This document shows, in pieces, positions 25,648 through 36,592 of a DNA stretch of 49,659 bases (the stretch's first letter is position 1; the number at the start of each line of letters is the position of its first letter). This DNA comes from Pelagibacteraceae bacterium AG-422-B15. Lineage in GTDB: Bacteria; Pseudomonadota; Alphaproteobacteria; Pelagibacterales; AG-422-B15. Location: assembly GCA_905182445.1 (NCBI GenBank), contig CAJJBM010000027.1, positions 1-49,659 on the forward strand, written 5' to 3'. The notes under the pieces are model-generated. The model was not told the origin of the DNA. It did no database searches and was given only the letters and a program-made list of their open reading frames with translations. The translations under genes and the position numbers were made by a program.

Positions 25648-28047
25648 CTAAGAGCGAACAACACCAGCAGTTTTTTGCTGGATTGAATCAACAATTTTTG
25701 CACTAACTTCTTGTATTTCTGTTTCATTTAACGTGCGATCAAATGCCTGTAATGTAACTTTAATAGCCAGAGATTTCTTATCAATTCCAATAGACTCACC
25801 CTCAAAAACATCAAATATTTCAACATTTTTAACTAATTTCTCATCAGCTTTTAGAGCTAAATTGATTAAAATTTTACCCTCTATTTCTTTATCTATGGTG
25901 AATGCAAAGTCACGATCAACTGCTTGAAAGTCACTAACTATATAATTTTCTTTATTAGTTGTTTTTTTTAATTTAGTTGGCACCTCATCTAAAAATAATT
26001 CAAAGACTGAAATACGACTTTTTATTTTGTAAAACTTCATTATTTTCGGATGCAATTCTCCAAAATATCCTAATACTGTCTTTTTATTAAGCATAACCGT
26101 TGCAGACCTACCGGGGTGATACCACTTAGGAGCTCCAGCATTAATTTCAATTTTTTTATTTTGAGGGATAAGATGATTAATCAATGTTAAAATATCATCT
26201 TTGACATCATAAGTGTCATAATGAGATTTTTCAGTGCGCCAGCTTTTTTCAAATTTTATTCCAGCTCTTAGTCCGCATGCAATATTTTTCTGATCACCTG
26301 ATTGATCTGAAAAAAATTGATTACCAACTTCAAATAAGGAGAAGCTCTCAAAGCCTCTACTGCTATTTTTTTTAATTGCATTTAGCAAGTTTGGAATAAG
26401 ACTAGGTCTTAAAATATCAAGTTCTTCAGATATTGGATTTTGAATTTCTAGTTTTTGATCATCAATATAAAATTTTGAATCTTTTGAGGATGTAAATGAC
26501 CAAGTTATTAATTCATTGCTTCCCCTATGAGCAAGAAATCTTTTGGACCTAAGACTATTTTTATATGAATCACTAAGTATTTTTTCATTTATTCTTTTTT
26601 CAGTACGTACCGGTAAGACTGGAATTGCATCAAACCCTTTAAGTCTAATTACTTCCTCACTTAAATCAGCTTCTCCATGAATATCATGTCGCCATGATGG
26701 AATTGTACAGATTAAATTATCTTTTTTACTTGTAATTTTGATACCAAGTTTTTTTAGCATGCTTTCAATTTCAGATTGATCTATTTCTACTCCAAGTCGA
26801 TTAGTATTTTTCAAAAGATCAAAGGAAATGTCATGTTCATTATTAGGTATTGTGCCACAGATTTGTGTCTCACTAATTTCTCCACCACAAATTTCCTGGA
26901 TTAATTTAGCCGCCCTATCTAAGCCAATATTTAAAGAATTTGGGTCTACCCCTCGTTCAAAGCGGTAGCGAGCATCACTATCTATAAATAGCTTTCTTCC
27001 TGTACTAGCTATATTTGCTGGAATAAATAAAGCCGACTCTAAAAGCACATTTGTTGTATTGGTACTACAGGCAGATAAGCTACCACCAAGAATTCCGCCT
27101 AAGCCCAAAGGTTGTTTTTCATCCGCTATTACGCACATACCTTCACTTAAATTATATTCCTTGTCATCAAGCCCTAAAAAAATTTCATCTTTTTTTGCAG
27201 CTCTAATTATAATATCTCCTGAAATCTTGTCAGCATCATAAACATGTAAAGGTCGATTGTAGTCAAATAGTATGTAATTAGTAATATCTACTAATGCAGA
27301 TATTGGCTTAAGTCCGATCGAACTAAGTTTGTCTTTAAGCCATTGTGGACTTTCACAATTCTTAACATTCTTTATATAGCGACTACCAAATGCTGAACAA
27401 TAGTTTTTTTGATTAGACGTTTCTTCAAATAAAATATTTATTGGATTTTTACCAACAGTTTTAAATTTTGGTAGCTCTATTTCTTTCAGTTCTCCTATTC
27501 CTGCAGCAGCAAGGTCTCTTGCTATTCCATAAACGCCTAAACAGTCTTGTCTATTTGGAGTGATACCTATCTCAATCATTACATCATTAAGATTCATTTG
27601 ATCTATATAAAGACCACCAACATTACTGTTTTCTGACATATGAATGATACCATCATGTGAGTCTGAAATACCAAGTTCATATTCTGAACACAGCATGCCC
27701 GAGGATTCTACTCCACGAATTTTTACTACCTTAAGTTTCATTTGATTGATGGGTATAACTGCACCTGGTGGTGCATAAACTACCTTCATGCCCTTTACTA
27801 CATTTGGTGCTCCACAAACGACATCAACAACTTTACCACCTATGTCAACTTTACATAACTTAAGTTTATCTGCGTTAGGGTGTTTCTCTTCATCAACAAC
27901 TTGAGCAATTAAAAAATCACCATAAAGAGCACTTGCATCTTGCACCTCCTCAACTTCAAGGCCAATGGCAGTTAATTTATTAATTATTTCTTCATCTAAA
28001 GCTTTTGTTTCCAGATGCTCTTTTAGCCAACTAATTGTAAATTTCAT
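25648..28047 (-). CDS. pheT: Phenylalanine--tRNA ligase beta subunit
   Basis: 799 aa. N-terminal [11 protein letters not shown] and typical tRNA-binding, B3/4, B5 and FDX-ACB regions. ATGA overlap with pheS. Confidence 0.95.
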   Translation of the reverse strand: MKFTISWLKEHLETKALDEEIINKLTAIGLEVEEVQDASALYGDFLIAQVVDEEKHPNADKLKLCKVDIGGKVVDVVCGAPNVVKGMKVVYAPPGAVIPINQMKLKVVKIRGVESSGMLCSEYELGISDSHDGIIHMSENSNVGGLYIDQMNLNDVMIEIGITPNRQDCLGVYGIARDLAAAGIGELKEIELPKFKTVGKNPINILFEETSNQKNYCSAFGSRYIKNVKNCESPQWLKDKLSSIGLKPISALVDITNYILFDYNRPLHVYDADKISGDIIIRAAKKDEIFLGLDDKEYNLSEGMCVIADEKQPLGLGGILGGSLSACSTNTTNVLLESALFIPANIASTGRKLFIDSDARYRFERGVDPNSLNIGLDRAAKLIQEICGGEISETQICGTIPNNEHDISFDLLKNTNRLGVEIDQSEIESMLKKLGIKITSKKDNLICTIPSWRHDIHGEADLSEEVIRLKGFDAIPVLPVRTEKRINEKILSDSYKNSLRSKRFLAHRGSNELITWSFTSSKDSKFYIDDQKLEIQNPISEELDILRPSLIPNLLNAIKKNSSRGFESFSLFEVGNQFFSDQSGDQKNIACGLRAGIKFEKSWRTEKSHYDTYDVKDDILTLINHLIPQNKKIEINAGAPKWYHPGRSATVMLNKKTVLGYFGELHPKIMKFYKIKSRISVFELFLDEVPTKLKKTTNKENYIVSDFQAVDRDFAFTIDKEIEGKILINLALKADEKLVKNVEIFDVFEGESIGIDKKSLAIKVTLQAFDRTLNETEIQEVSAKIVDSIQQKTAGVVRS

Positions 28048-29117
28048 CGACTAAGACCTCCAGAAATAGAGGGTATATCTAACGGAATAAAACCAAAATG
28101 CTTTAACCATCTAAGGTCGCTATCATAAAATGTTCTAAGATCACTAATTCCATATTTCAGCATTGCCAATCTTTCAATGCCAACGCCAAATGCATATCCC
28201 TGATACTCATCTGGATTAATATTAACATTTTTTAAAACATTGGGATGAACCATTCCACATCCTAAAATTTCTAGCCAACTATCTCCTTCTCCAATAATAA
28301 TTTGATTTCCATCTTTTCGATAACCTATGTCAACTTCAGCAGATGGCTCAGTAAATGGAAAGTGACTTGGTCTAAATCTCATTTTCGGAGTTTCAGTTTC
28401 AAAAAATTCTTTTAGAAAAGTTTCCAAACACCCTTTAAGATGTCCCATATTACTTGTCTTATCAATTACTAGTCCTTCAACTTGATGAAACATTGGTGTG
28501 TGCGTTTGGTCATTATCACACCTATATGTCTTACCGGGTGCAATTAATCTAAATGGTGGTTTTCCTTCAAGCATACTCCTTATTTGAACTGGAGATGTAT
28601 GTGTCCTTAAAACATTTAACATGCCGTCGGTTTCTGAGTTAACATAAAAAGTATCGTGCATTTGACGTGCGGGATGGTTTTCAGATGTATTTAAGGCTGT
28701 AAAATTATTATAGTCAGTTTCAACTTCTGGTCCCTCAGCAACACAAAAATCTAAATCTGTAAATATTGCAATTACTTCATCAATTACTTGAGTGATAGGA
28801 TGAATTCTACCATCAGATATTTTTGAATCTAGTGTAAGGTCTTGTTTTTCTGATGCCAATTGATTTGACATTAGCTCATCTTCAAATTCATCTGATTTTG
28901 AATTTATAAAATTGTTAACACTATCTTTAACCTTATTGAGCTCTTCCGCCTTAGCTTTTCTTTCCTTAGGATCCATTTTACCTAGATCTTTCATAAGTAT
29001 AGTAATCTCACCTTTTTTACCCAAAAATTGTAGCCTCATTTTTTCTAGAGTCTCAATGTCTTTGACTAATTTTTTTTCGGATTCTATATTTTTGCTAATT
29101 GAGTTTAGATTGCTCAT
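28044..29117 (-). CDS. pheS: Phenylalanine--tRNA ligase alpha subunit
   Basis: 357 aa. Class II motifs ([25 protein letters not shown]). Confidence 0.95.
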   Translation of the reverse strand: MSNLNSISKNIESEKKLVKDIETLEKMRLQFLGKKGEITILMKDLGKMDPKERKAKAEELNKVKDSVNNFINSKSDEFEDELMSNQLASEKQDLTLDSKISDGRIHPITQVIDEVIAIFTDLDFCVAEGPEVETDYNNFTALNTSENHPARQMHDTFYVNSETDGMLNVLRTHTSPVQIRSMLEGKPPFRLIAPGKTYRCDNDQTHTPMFHQVEGLVIDKTSNMGHLKGCLETFLKEFFETETPKMRFRPSHFPFTEPSAEVDIGYRKDGNQIIIGEGDSWLEILGCGMVHPNVLKNVNINPDEYQGYAFGVGIERLAMLKYGISDLRTFYDSDLRWLKHFGFIPLDIPSISGGLSR

Positions 29118-29189
29118 AATATGACAAGAATAACAGATTTGCTCAAAGTCTGTAATAGTAATATGAAATTTAAGTGAGAATAGTTATTA

Positions 29190-29546
29190 TTATTTAGCTA
29201 CAGACTGTACTTTTTCAACTAAGTGCTTAAAAGCATTCGGTTCATGCATAGCTAAGTCAGCTAACATTTTTCTATCAAGGCCAATTTCTAATTTTTTAAG
29301 CCCATTGATGAATAATGAGTAAGATAAGCCTAGTTCACGAGCACCAGCATTAATTCTCTGAGTCCAAAGTCTTCTAAAGTCTCTTTTTTTAACTTTACGG
29401 TCACGATAAGCATACTGCATAGATTTCTCTACAGCTTGTTTAGCAACCTTGAATGTATTTTTTCTACGACCACGAAATCCACTAGCTTGTTTAATAACTT
29501 TTTTGTGTTTTGCGTGTGTAGTAACTCCTCTTTTAACTCTAGCCAT
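29190..29546 (-). CDS. rplT: 50S ribosomal protein L20
   Basis: 118 aa. [18 protein letters not shown]-terminus. Confidence 0.95.
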   Translation of the reverse strand: MARVKRGVTTHAKHKKVIKQASGFRGRRKNTFKVAKQAVEKSMQYAYRDRKVKKRDFRRLWTQRINAGARELGLSYSLFINGLKKLEIGLDRKMLADLAMHEPNAFKHLVEKVQSVAK

Positions 29547-29557
29547 TTTTTCCTCTT

Positions 29558-29755
29558 CTAACTATACGGTAGAAATTTTTTAACAATTCTAGCATCTGCG
29601 TCACAAAGTATTGTTGTACCTCGTAGATTTCGAATTTGTGAATTTGTGCGCTTCATCATGCCATGCTTTTTTCCGGCCTGATAAGACTTAACTTTACCTG
29701 AAGCGGTAACTTTAAATCTTTTAGCGGCTGCTTTTTTAGTTTTTAATTTGGTCAT
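29558..29755 (-). CDS. rpmI: 50S ribosomal protein L35
   Basis: 65 aa. [21 protein letters not shown]. Confidence 0.95.
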   Translation of the reverse strand: MTKLKTKKAAAKRFKVTASGKVKSYQAGKKHGMMKRTNSQIRNLRGTTILCDADARIVKKFLPYS

Positions 29756-29828
29756 ATTTGTCTCAGAACAGAGGGTTATAACGCCTTGTTATAAAAAAAG
29801 CAAAATATTTAATTTAGATAATATTGGC

Positions 29829-30377
29829 CTAATTAATAGTAAAAATCATTGAATATTGGCGACCTTCAAGTTTTGGTTCTTGCTCAATTTTACTTACAGA
29901 CAGCATGTCTTCTTTAATGCGTCCCATTAGTTCCTTGGCTTGGTCATGGTTTTGAAATTCACGGCCCTTAAATCTAATCGTAAATTTAACTTTATCGCCT
30001 AATTTAATAAATTTTTGAGCTGCTTTAACTTTAAAGTTATAGTCATGAACATCTGTGCCTGGGCGCATTTTGATCTCTTTTAATACTGTTTCTTTTTGCT
30101 TTTTCTTTGCCACACTAGCTTTTTTTTGGGCTTCATATTTATATTTTCCAAAATCAAGGATTTTACACACAGGTGGCTTCACATTTGGTGATATTTCAAC
30201 TAGATCAAGGCCAGCAGATTCTGCTTTAGTGAGAGCATCAGCTATGTCTACAATACCAATATTCTCACCTTTTTCATCGATGAGTCTAACTGTATCTGAT
30301 GTGATTCTTCCGTTAACACGGACTTTAGGTTCTTTGGGTTTAGAATTATATCTATTGTTTTTTTTAAGTGTTGCTAT
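29829..30377 (-). CDS. infC: Translation initiation factor IF-3, with non-canonical AUA start
   Basis: The track ORF (GTG at 30182) lacks the IF-3 N-domain. The same frame stays open upstream to a TAG at 30387-30389. It encodes ATLKKNNRYNSKPKEPKVRVNGRITSDTVRLIDEKGENIGIVDIADALTKAESAGLDLVEISPN, which is clearly homologous to the IF-3 N-terminus. No ATG, GTG or TTG is available there. ATA at 30375-30377 sits 6 nt after an AGGAG (30384-30388). Confidence 0.8.
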   Translation of the reverse strand: MATLKKNNRYNSKPKEPKVRVNGRITSDTVRLIDEKGENIGIVDIADALTKAESAGLDLVEISPNVKPPVCKILDFGKYKYEAQKKASVAKKKQKETVLKEIKMRPGTDVHDYNFKVKAAQKFIKLGDKVKFTIRFKGREFQNHDQAKELMGRIKEDMLSVSKIEQEPKLEGRQYSMIFTIN

Positions 30378-30396
30378 TTTAAGCTCCTATATATCT

Positions 30397-32127
30397 TTAG
30401 TTGGTTGGCATCATACATTTTTTTTCAAAAAAATCAGTCAAATTTTCAAATTTAATTATCTCCTGATCTTTTGATCCAAACTGTCTAATTGATATCGATT
30501 TATTTTCTTGCTCTTGCTTGCCAACAATTAACATATAAGGAATTTTTTGTAATGAATTATCTCTTATTTTATAGTTAATTTTTTCATTTCTTATATCAAG
30601 ATTAACTCTAACACCATTTAATTTAAGTTTATCAAATATTTCTTTTGCATATGGATCTATTTCAGATGTGATGGGAGCTACCACAGCTTGAACAGGAGAT
30701 AGCCATAAAGGTAAATTTCCTGCATAATGCTCCAATAAGATTCCAGTAAATCTCTCAAGCGAACCAAATAATGCTCTATGTAACATTACGGGATGATGTT
30801 TCTGTCCATCTTCCCCAATAAATGTTCCACCAAGTCTTTCTGGCATATTTAAATCAACTTGAAGTGTTCCACACTGCCAGTCTCTACCAATTGCATCTCT
30901 AAGAATAAACTCTAACTTAGGACCATAGAATGCACCTTCACCAGGATTATAAGTGTATTCAAGACCAGTGGCTTCAACTGCCTTCTTGAGAGCGAGTTCA
31001 GATTTATCCCAAATTTCATCACTGCCCACTCTTTTTTCGGGTCTATCAGAAAATTTGATTGATATTTTTTCAAAGCCAAAATCTTTATAAATACTTAATA
31101 TTAAGTCACAGACAATTTTGCTTTCTTCAGTTACCTGTTCTTCAGTACAAAAAATATGAGCATCATCTTGAGTGAATGCTCTTACCCTCATTAGTCCATG
31201 TAATGCTCCAGATGGTTCGTATCTATGCACTTTACCAAATTCAGATACACGCAACGGAAGATCGCGGTAACTTTTCATGCCCCATTTATATACTTGTAAA
31301 CATCCTGGGCAATTCATTGGCTTAAGTGCGTAAACTCTGTCTTCTTTTGCTTCTGTCGTAAACATATTGTCACCAAATTTTTCTAGGTGACCAGAAAGTT
31401 CCCATAAAGATTTATCCATTATGTCAGGAGTATTAATTTCATGATAGCCAGCATCATCTTGTCGTTTTCTCATGTAGTTGATTAAATTTTGAAATAGTGT
31501 CCAGCCTTTTGGATGCCAAAATACCGCGCCAGGTGCCTCTTCTTGAAAGTGAAATAAGTCTAATTCTTTACCAAGTTTTCTATGATCTCTTTTTTCTGCC
31601 TCTTCTAATCTTAAAAGATAACTATCTAAATCTTCTTGGGTTTCCCATGCGGTTCCATATATTCTCTGCAACATTTCATTATTTGAATCACCTCTCCAAT
31701 ATGCGCCTGCAACTTTAGTTAGCTTAAAAGCTTTGCCAATTTCTCCAGATGAACTTAAATGTGGGCCACGACATAAATCAAACCATTCACCATGATAATA
31801 AATTTTGATTTCTTCTTCTTTTGGAATAGAGTCAATGATCTCAATTTTATAGTTTTCGCCAATTTTAGTAAAAATATCTACTGCCTCTGCTCTAGAGACA
31901 ACTTTAAGGGTAACTGGAACATTGCGATTAACAATTTCCTTCATTTTTTTTTCAATTTTAATTAGATCTTTATCAGTAAATGGAGTTTCTCTTGAAAAAT
32001 CATAAAAGAATCCATTTTCTATAACCGGCCCAATTGTAACTTTAGTTTCCGGGTATAGTTCTTGAACAGACATAGCCATTACATGCGCAGCGTCGTGCCT
32101 AATAAGTTCTAATTTAGTCTGATCCAT
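30397..32127 (-). CDS. thrS: Threonine--tRNA ligase lacking the N-terminal TGS domain
   Basis: 576 aa. It starts at the editing (N2) domain ([11 protein letters not shown] corresponds to E. coli IIRHSCAHLLG near residue 70). Class II catalytic and anticodon-binding domains are intact. Confidence 0.95.
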   Translation of the reverse strand: MDQTKLELIRHDAAHVMAMSVQELYPETKVTIGPVIENGFFYDFSRETPFTDKDLIKIEKKMKEIVNRNVPVTLKVVSRAEAVDIFTKIGENYKIEIIDSIPKEEEIKIYYHGEWFDLCRGPHLSSSGEIGKAFKLTKVAGAYWRGDSNNEMLQRIYGTAWETQEDLDSYLLRLEEAEKRDHRKLGKELDLFHFQEEAPGAVFWHPKGWTLFQNLINYMRKRQDDAGYHEINTPDIMDKSLWELSGHLEKFGDNMFTTEAKEDRVYALKPMNCPGCLQVYKWGMKSYRDLPLRVSEFGKVHRYEPSGALHGLMRVRAFTQDDAHIFCTEEQVTEESKIVCDLILSIYKDFGFEKISIKFSDRPEKRVGSDEIWDKSELALKKAVEATGLEYTYNPGEGAFYGPKLEFILRDAIGRDWQCGTLQVDLNMPERLGGTFIGEDGQKHHPVMLHRALFGSLERFTGILLEHYAGNLPLWLSPVQAVVAPITSEIDPYAKEIFDKLKLNGVRVNLDIRNEKINYKIRDNSLQKIPYMLIVGKQEQENKSISIRQFGSKDQEIIKFENLTDFFEKKCMMPTN

Positions 32128-32147
32128 AAAAATATTTATTATGCATA

Positions 32148-33077
32148 TTAGCCTCTTAAAGCAAGGTTATTCTTAACTTCATCAATAGTAATATCGCTAA
32201 TACTGTCTTTTTTTAAGGTATTAACTTTAGATCCAACAAGCTGGGTAATATTCGGGTTGGTATGACTTGAGAGAAGCCAGGTAACTGGACACCCTACTGC
32301 TGCTGCAATAAATGTGGGACCTGAGTCATTTCCAATCGCTCCAATTGCTTTGCTTGCAGTAGTTGCAAGACAATCTAAATCTTGATCTGAAAAATCTATT
32401 ATTGCTGGTGCTAATGATTTAATTTTTTTAAGCTCATCACCTTCAGATTTAGACTGTCCTAAAATTATAGAATCTATATTTTTTTCTTTTAAAAAATTTG
32501 CTAATTCTGCAAATTTTTCTGCTGGCCATCTTTTATGTTTATGTTGTGGTGATGATCCGGGTAGTAAAATTACAAAATTATTATTGGGTAATCCAATCAT
32601 GTCATTTTTTATCATCCAGCTAATATCAGGTTTTTCATAAACGTTAATATTCATTAACTTTAGTTGATTACTTATTCTATCCTTTATTGGAATACTTTCA
32701 AAATTCTCTGGATGATATTTAAATTTTCCACCTCTTCGATTACCAGACCATATTATTTTAGAATTAAATAAGATTAAAAAAAAATGATAAATTGAAGTTC
32801 TATCAGAATTTTGTAAATCAAATACGATATCAAATTTATTAAAGGTGATTTTTAAAATTATTTTTATCCATAAATCTATTCTTAAAAATGACGGTCTATT
32901 TTCATAAATAATCTCATCAACAAAAGTGATTTTATCTGAAAAAAAATTAAATTTTTTGTCAGTTAAAAGTGTGATCTTACTTTCTGGATATTCATTTCTA
33001 ATGGATTTTAGTGAACCAGTAATTTGAATTAAATCACCTAGCGCGCCATGTTTGATGATAAGTATATTATTACTCAT
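32148..33077 (-). CDS. Glycosyltransferase family 9 (LPS heptosyltransferase-like)
   Basis: N-terminal [13 protein letters not shown] and C-terminal [12 protein letters not shown] motifs typical of GT9. TAATG overlap with the upstream GT4 gene. Confidence 0.8.
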   Translation of the reverse strand: MSNNILIIKHGALGDLIQITGSLKSIRNEYPESKITLLTDKKFNFFSDKITFVDEIIYENRPSFLRIDLWIKIILKITFNKFDIVFDLQNSDRTSIYHFFLILFNSKIIWSGNRRGGKFKYHPENFESIPIKDRISNQLKLMNINVYEKPDISWMIKNDMIGLPNNNFVILLPGSSPQHKHKRWPAEKFAELANFLKEKNIDSIILGQSKSEGDELKKIKSLAPAIIDFSDQDLDCLATTASKAIGAIGNDSGPTFIAAAVGCPVTWLLSSHTNPNITQLVGSKVNTLKKDSISDITIDEVKNNLALRG

Positions 33078-34225
33078 TATATATTTAAGACTTTATTATA
33101 AATTTCTAATGTTTTTTCACACATATTATCATCTGTAAAATTATCCAATATAACTTTACGTCTTTTAATTTGATAATCATCTTTGATGTATATTTTACTT
33201 GATACTGCTTTAATAATTGAATCGCCTAGTTCTTCTGAGTTTGTTGGAGAATACAGAAACCCAGATAAGCCATCAATAATTGTTTCTATATGTCCTCCAT
33301 GATTAGAAGCTATGATTACCTTCCCCATTGCTTGAGCCTCCACTGGTATTCTTCCAAATGCCTCTGGATCTGTTGCGCAAGATAAAACAATATCAGCTAA
33401 AGAGTAAATCAAGTTCATTTCTTTTGAAGGTCCTATAAATTTAATTTGATTTTCTAGATTTAATTTTTTTACTTTAATTAATAAATTATTTTTTAACTTT
33501 AGGTTATCAGCTGGGCCAACAAATATTAATTCAAAATCATCGCTAGATTTATCTCTTAAATATGCCATAGCTTCAATTGCCACATTATGACCTTTCCATC
33601 CTGATATCCTGCCTGGTAAAACTAATTTGATAGATTTAGATTTGATAGAATGCTCTTTTATAAAATTCTCAACTTTTACCTGATCTGTTTTTGATGGATC
33701 TAAATATATAACATCAATACCTCTAGGAATTACTGAAATATTTTTTTTAGAATATGAATATTTATTTATTATTTCATTATAAATAAATTCTGAGATAGCG
33801 ATAATATAATCACTTCTTACCATTATAGAGTTATAAAATTTCTTTATCTTGTTATTAAAGTTATAGGTTCCATGGAAAGTTGTAACAAATTTAACTTTTG
33901 TTAGTTTAGACGCAAAGTAACAACTCCAAGCTGGCGCTCTGCTTCTCGCATGAATAATATTAATATTATTTTTTTTAACTATCTTTAGTATTCTAAAAAT
34001 ATTGATTATCATCGTTATTGGATTTTTAGAGTTAACTGGCATTATATCAACGATAGATCCATTTTTTTCTAAATGTTCAATACGATAACCTGAAGAAGTA
34101 ATTATATTTGAAGTAAATCCATGCTTAGTTAAAAAGTTTGCTACATCAAAACAACCTTGTTCTGCTCCACTTATATTAAGCGTTGGAATAACTTGTAAAA
34201 TGTTAGGCTTTTCTTGCATATCCAA
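33077..34225 (-). CDS. Glycosyltransferase family 4 (GT-B, group 1)
   Basis: 382 aa. C-terminal E-x7-E region (PEAFGRIPVEAQAMGKVIIASNHGG). Confidence 0.8.
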   Translation of the reverse strand: MDMQEKPNILQVIPTLNISGAEQGCFDVANFLTKHGFTSNIITSSGYRIEHLEKNGSIVDIMPVNSKNPITMIINIFRILKIVKKNNINIIHARSRAPAWSCYFASKLTKVKFVTTFHGTYNFNNKIKKFYNSIMVRSDYIIAISEFIYNEIINKYSYSKKNISVIPRGIDVIYLDPSKTDQVKVENFIKEHSIKSKSIKLVLPGRISGWKGHNVAIEAMAYLRDKSSDDFELIFVGPADNLKLKNNLLIKVKKLNLENQIKFIGPSKEMNLIYSLADIVLSCATDPEAFGRIPVEAQAMGKVIIASNHGGHIETIIDGLSGFLYSPTNSEELGDSIIKAVSSKIYIKDDYQIKRRKVILDNFTDDNMCEKTLEIYNKVLNI

Positions 34226-34260
34226 ATTAATATTATTTATATATAAGATAGTAAATCATT

Positions 34261-35001
34261 ATGTCAGATACTTCACAATATTTTAAGTCTTCATATAGCG
34301 ATAAGATTGCCTATAAAATAAATCAGACTGAATCAGAAACAACTATATTCTTCTTTGGAGGCTATGCGTCAACTATGACTGGCATCAAGGCCACAAGTCT
34401 TAATCAATGGACACAAAAACAGAAAATAAACTTTGTTAGATTTGACTATTCTGGACACGGAGAATCAGGTGGAAGTTTTCAAGATGGGACAATAACTAAA
34501 TGGTTAAATGAGGCAGAGGAAGTATTTCATAAATTTAAAACGAAAAAAAATATTATAATTGGTTCTAGCATGGGTAGCTGGATATCATTACTTCTCACAA
34601 AAAAGAATAGTGATATTAATGGTTTTGTAGGTATAGCTTCAGCGCCAGATTTTACTATTAGCCAATGGTTGAAGCTAGATGCCAATCAACAAAATGAATT
34701 TATTGAAAAAGGTTCAATTTTATTTCCTGATGATGATTATGGAGACTATGAAGTTTCTTATAAATTTGTAAACGATGGATTTAATAACGTATTGTTAGAT
34801 AAAAAGATTGATATAAGTTGTCCAATAAGATTATTACACGGAAGACTAGATAAAGTTGTTCCATTTACTGTATCTGAAAAAATTATTGAGAAAGTGCTAA
34901 GCGAGGATAAAGATTTAAAAATTATTGAAGATGGTGACCATAGCCTTTCAAGAGAAAGTGATTTAAATATCTTGTTCGAGCAAATTAAGTATTTTATCTA
35001 A
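34261..35001 (+). CDS. Alpha/beta-fold hydrolase
   Basis: Nucleophile elbow GSSMGS and C-terminal catalytic His context (DGDHSL). 246 aa. Confidence 0.75.
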   Translation: MSDTSQYFKSSYSDKIAYKINQTESETTIFFFGGYASTMTGIKATSLNQWTQKQKINFVRFDYSGHGESGGSFQDGTITKWLNEAEEVFHKFKTKKNIIIGSSMGSWISLLLTKKNSDINGFVGIASAPDFTISQWLKLDANQQNEFIEKGSILFPDDDYGDYEVSYKFVNDGFNNVLLDKKIDISCPIRLLHGRLDKVVPFTVSEKIIEKVLSEDKDLKIIEDGDHSLSRESDLNILFEQIKYFI

Positions 35002-35009
35002 AAAAAATT

Positions 35010-35912
35010 ATGACTACAAAACTTAGAACTGAAATAAATAATTATGTCTTACTTATATTTTTAGGGGCAGTCTGGGCAGCGTCTTTTGTTGCAATTAAAT
35101 TTTCAAATGAAATTTTTAATCCTATAGAGGTTGGCTTTTATAGAACGGCAATCGGTGCTTTTTTTTTATTCTGTGCGGTAAAATTTAGAGGGGGAAATAT
35201 AACGCTATTTAGTGAAAACACTCGATTGTATAGCTTAATTGGTTTTTTGAATGCCTCAATTCCATTTACCTTACTTCCATACGGACTAATAACATTACCT
35301 AGCAATATTGGTGTAATTATTCTGTCCGCAAATCCATTCTTAGCATTGGTGCTTGCACATTTTTTTACTTTAGATGAAAAACTATCTATTAGAAAAGTTA
35401 TTGGCAGCGTCATTGGTTTTTCAGGCGTGGTATTTGCAGTGGGAATGGAAATTTTGGTTAGTGATTTAAATTCACTAATTTCAGCATTGGCCATTTATAT
35501 TGGTGCATCTAGTTATGTAGTATCCAATTTAATTATAAGAAGAATATCTCATTTACCATCCGATATGGTAACAATGAATACTTTGTTCTGGGGAAGTATA
35601 TGGCTATTACCTCTAGTGATAATATATGGAAATCTTCAAAATATTGAATTCTCTTCTACACCAGTCCTTGCAATAATTTATTTAGGTGTAATACCAACAG
35701 GATTGGCATTTAGCTTGCGCCAGATTCTAATTCGTAATGCCGGGTCCACATTTATGATGCAAGTAGGCTATATAATTCCTATCTTTGGAGTATTCTATGG
35801 TTGGCTGTTTCTCGGTGAAAAAATTGGATATTTTCTAATCATTTCCGTAGTGCTGGTACTTACAGGAATAGGAATTAGTAGAATAAGAGTATCTGCAAAA
35901 ACTATAAATTAA
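35010..35912 (+). CDS. EamA/DMT-family transporter
   Basis: 300 aa, about 10 TM, with two EamA-like halves. Confidence 0.75.
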   Translation: MTTKLRTEINNYVLLIFLGAVWAASFVAIKFSNEIFNPIEVGFYRTAIGAFFLFCAVKFRGGNITLFSENTRLYSLIGFLNASIPFTLLPYGLITLPSNIGVIILSANPFLALVLAHFFTLDEKLSIRKVIGSVIGFSGVVFAVGMEILVSDLNSLISALAIYIGASSYVVSNLIIRRISHLPSDMVTMNTLFWGSIWLLPLVIIYGNLQNIEFSSTPVLAIIYLGVIPTGLAFSLRQILIRNAGSTFMMQVGYIIPIFGVFYGWLFLGEKIGYFLIISVVLVLTGIGISRIRVSAKTIN

Positions 35913-35937
35913 TCAAAACCAATAGCACCTAATCAAT

Positions 35938-36585
35938 TTAGGGATAATTTAAACCGTCTTTTTTTAGCTCATCAATCAATTCATTGAATCGGTCCTGACC
36001 AAAAAAAAACATGTCCTTATAGACAGTCAATGGAACTCCATGATGGCCTATTGATAGTTGCTCATTTTGATTATTCTCAATTTCTTTAATGATTTCTTTC
36101 TCATTAATCTTTGAAAAATTTCTTATCTCTTCTAAATCTACTCCTAATTTTGCACAAATAGAAAATAAATGATTATCTTTATGCCAATCTTTTTTACCGC
36201 CAAAGATTGAATTTGAAATTTCATATGCAAATTCAATTCCTAGATTTTTATTACACATAGACTGTCCTAAATGACATAGATCAAAAATTAATGGCTGATT
36301 ATTAGATATCTTCCCAGTTAATATATTTTGATTAATTGGGTCTGGCTTTGGTGCTTTAAATTTCATTCCAAGTTTTTTTGCCTGTGAAAAATAATCAAAT
36401 ATTTTTGGAATAAAGTAGGTGAATGCATTCTTACCTTGAAAAAAATGTGGTTCTCTAATTGCTAGTGGATATACAAGTTTAAAATTTATATTTACACCAT
36501 AAACATCTCTTAGCTCTAAGACTCTTGGTAAAATAAAATATGAATAAGGACTTCTAAATGAAAAATAAAGATCTACTGAAAACAT
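35938..36585 (-). CDS. 2-hydroxychromene-2-carboxylate isomerase / DsbA-like thioredoxin-fold protein
   Basis: The N-terminal DLYFSFRSPYSYF motif is characteristic of the HCCA isomerase family. C-terminal FFFGQDRF motif. Confidence 0.7.
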   Translation of the reverse strand: MFSVDLYFSFRSPYSYFILPRVLELRDVYGVNINFKLVYPLAIREPHFFQGKNAFTYFIPKIFDYFSQAKKLGMKFKAPKPDPINQNILTGKISNNQPLIFDLCHLGQSMCNKNLGIEFAYEISNSIFGGKKDWHKDNHLFSICAKLGVDLEEIRNFSKINEKEIIKEIENNQNEQLSIGHHGVPLTVYKDMFFFGQDRFNELIDELKKDGLNYP

Positions 36586-36592
36586 ATCGTGA

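Noticed and set aside
29829-30182. 117-aa infC ORF as given in the track
   Set aside because: It is truncated. The IF-3 N-domain is encoded in frame upstream, so the gene was re-called as 29829-30377 with an AUA start.
30055-30474. 139-aa plus-strand ORF across infC and the thrS 3' end
   Set aside because: It is antisense to two essential, clearly homologous genes, and its translation is low complexity.
35138-35494. 118-aa minus-strand ORF inside the EamA transporter gene
   Set aside because: It is an antisense shadow frame of a polytopic membrane protein gene.
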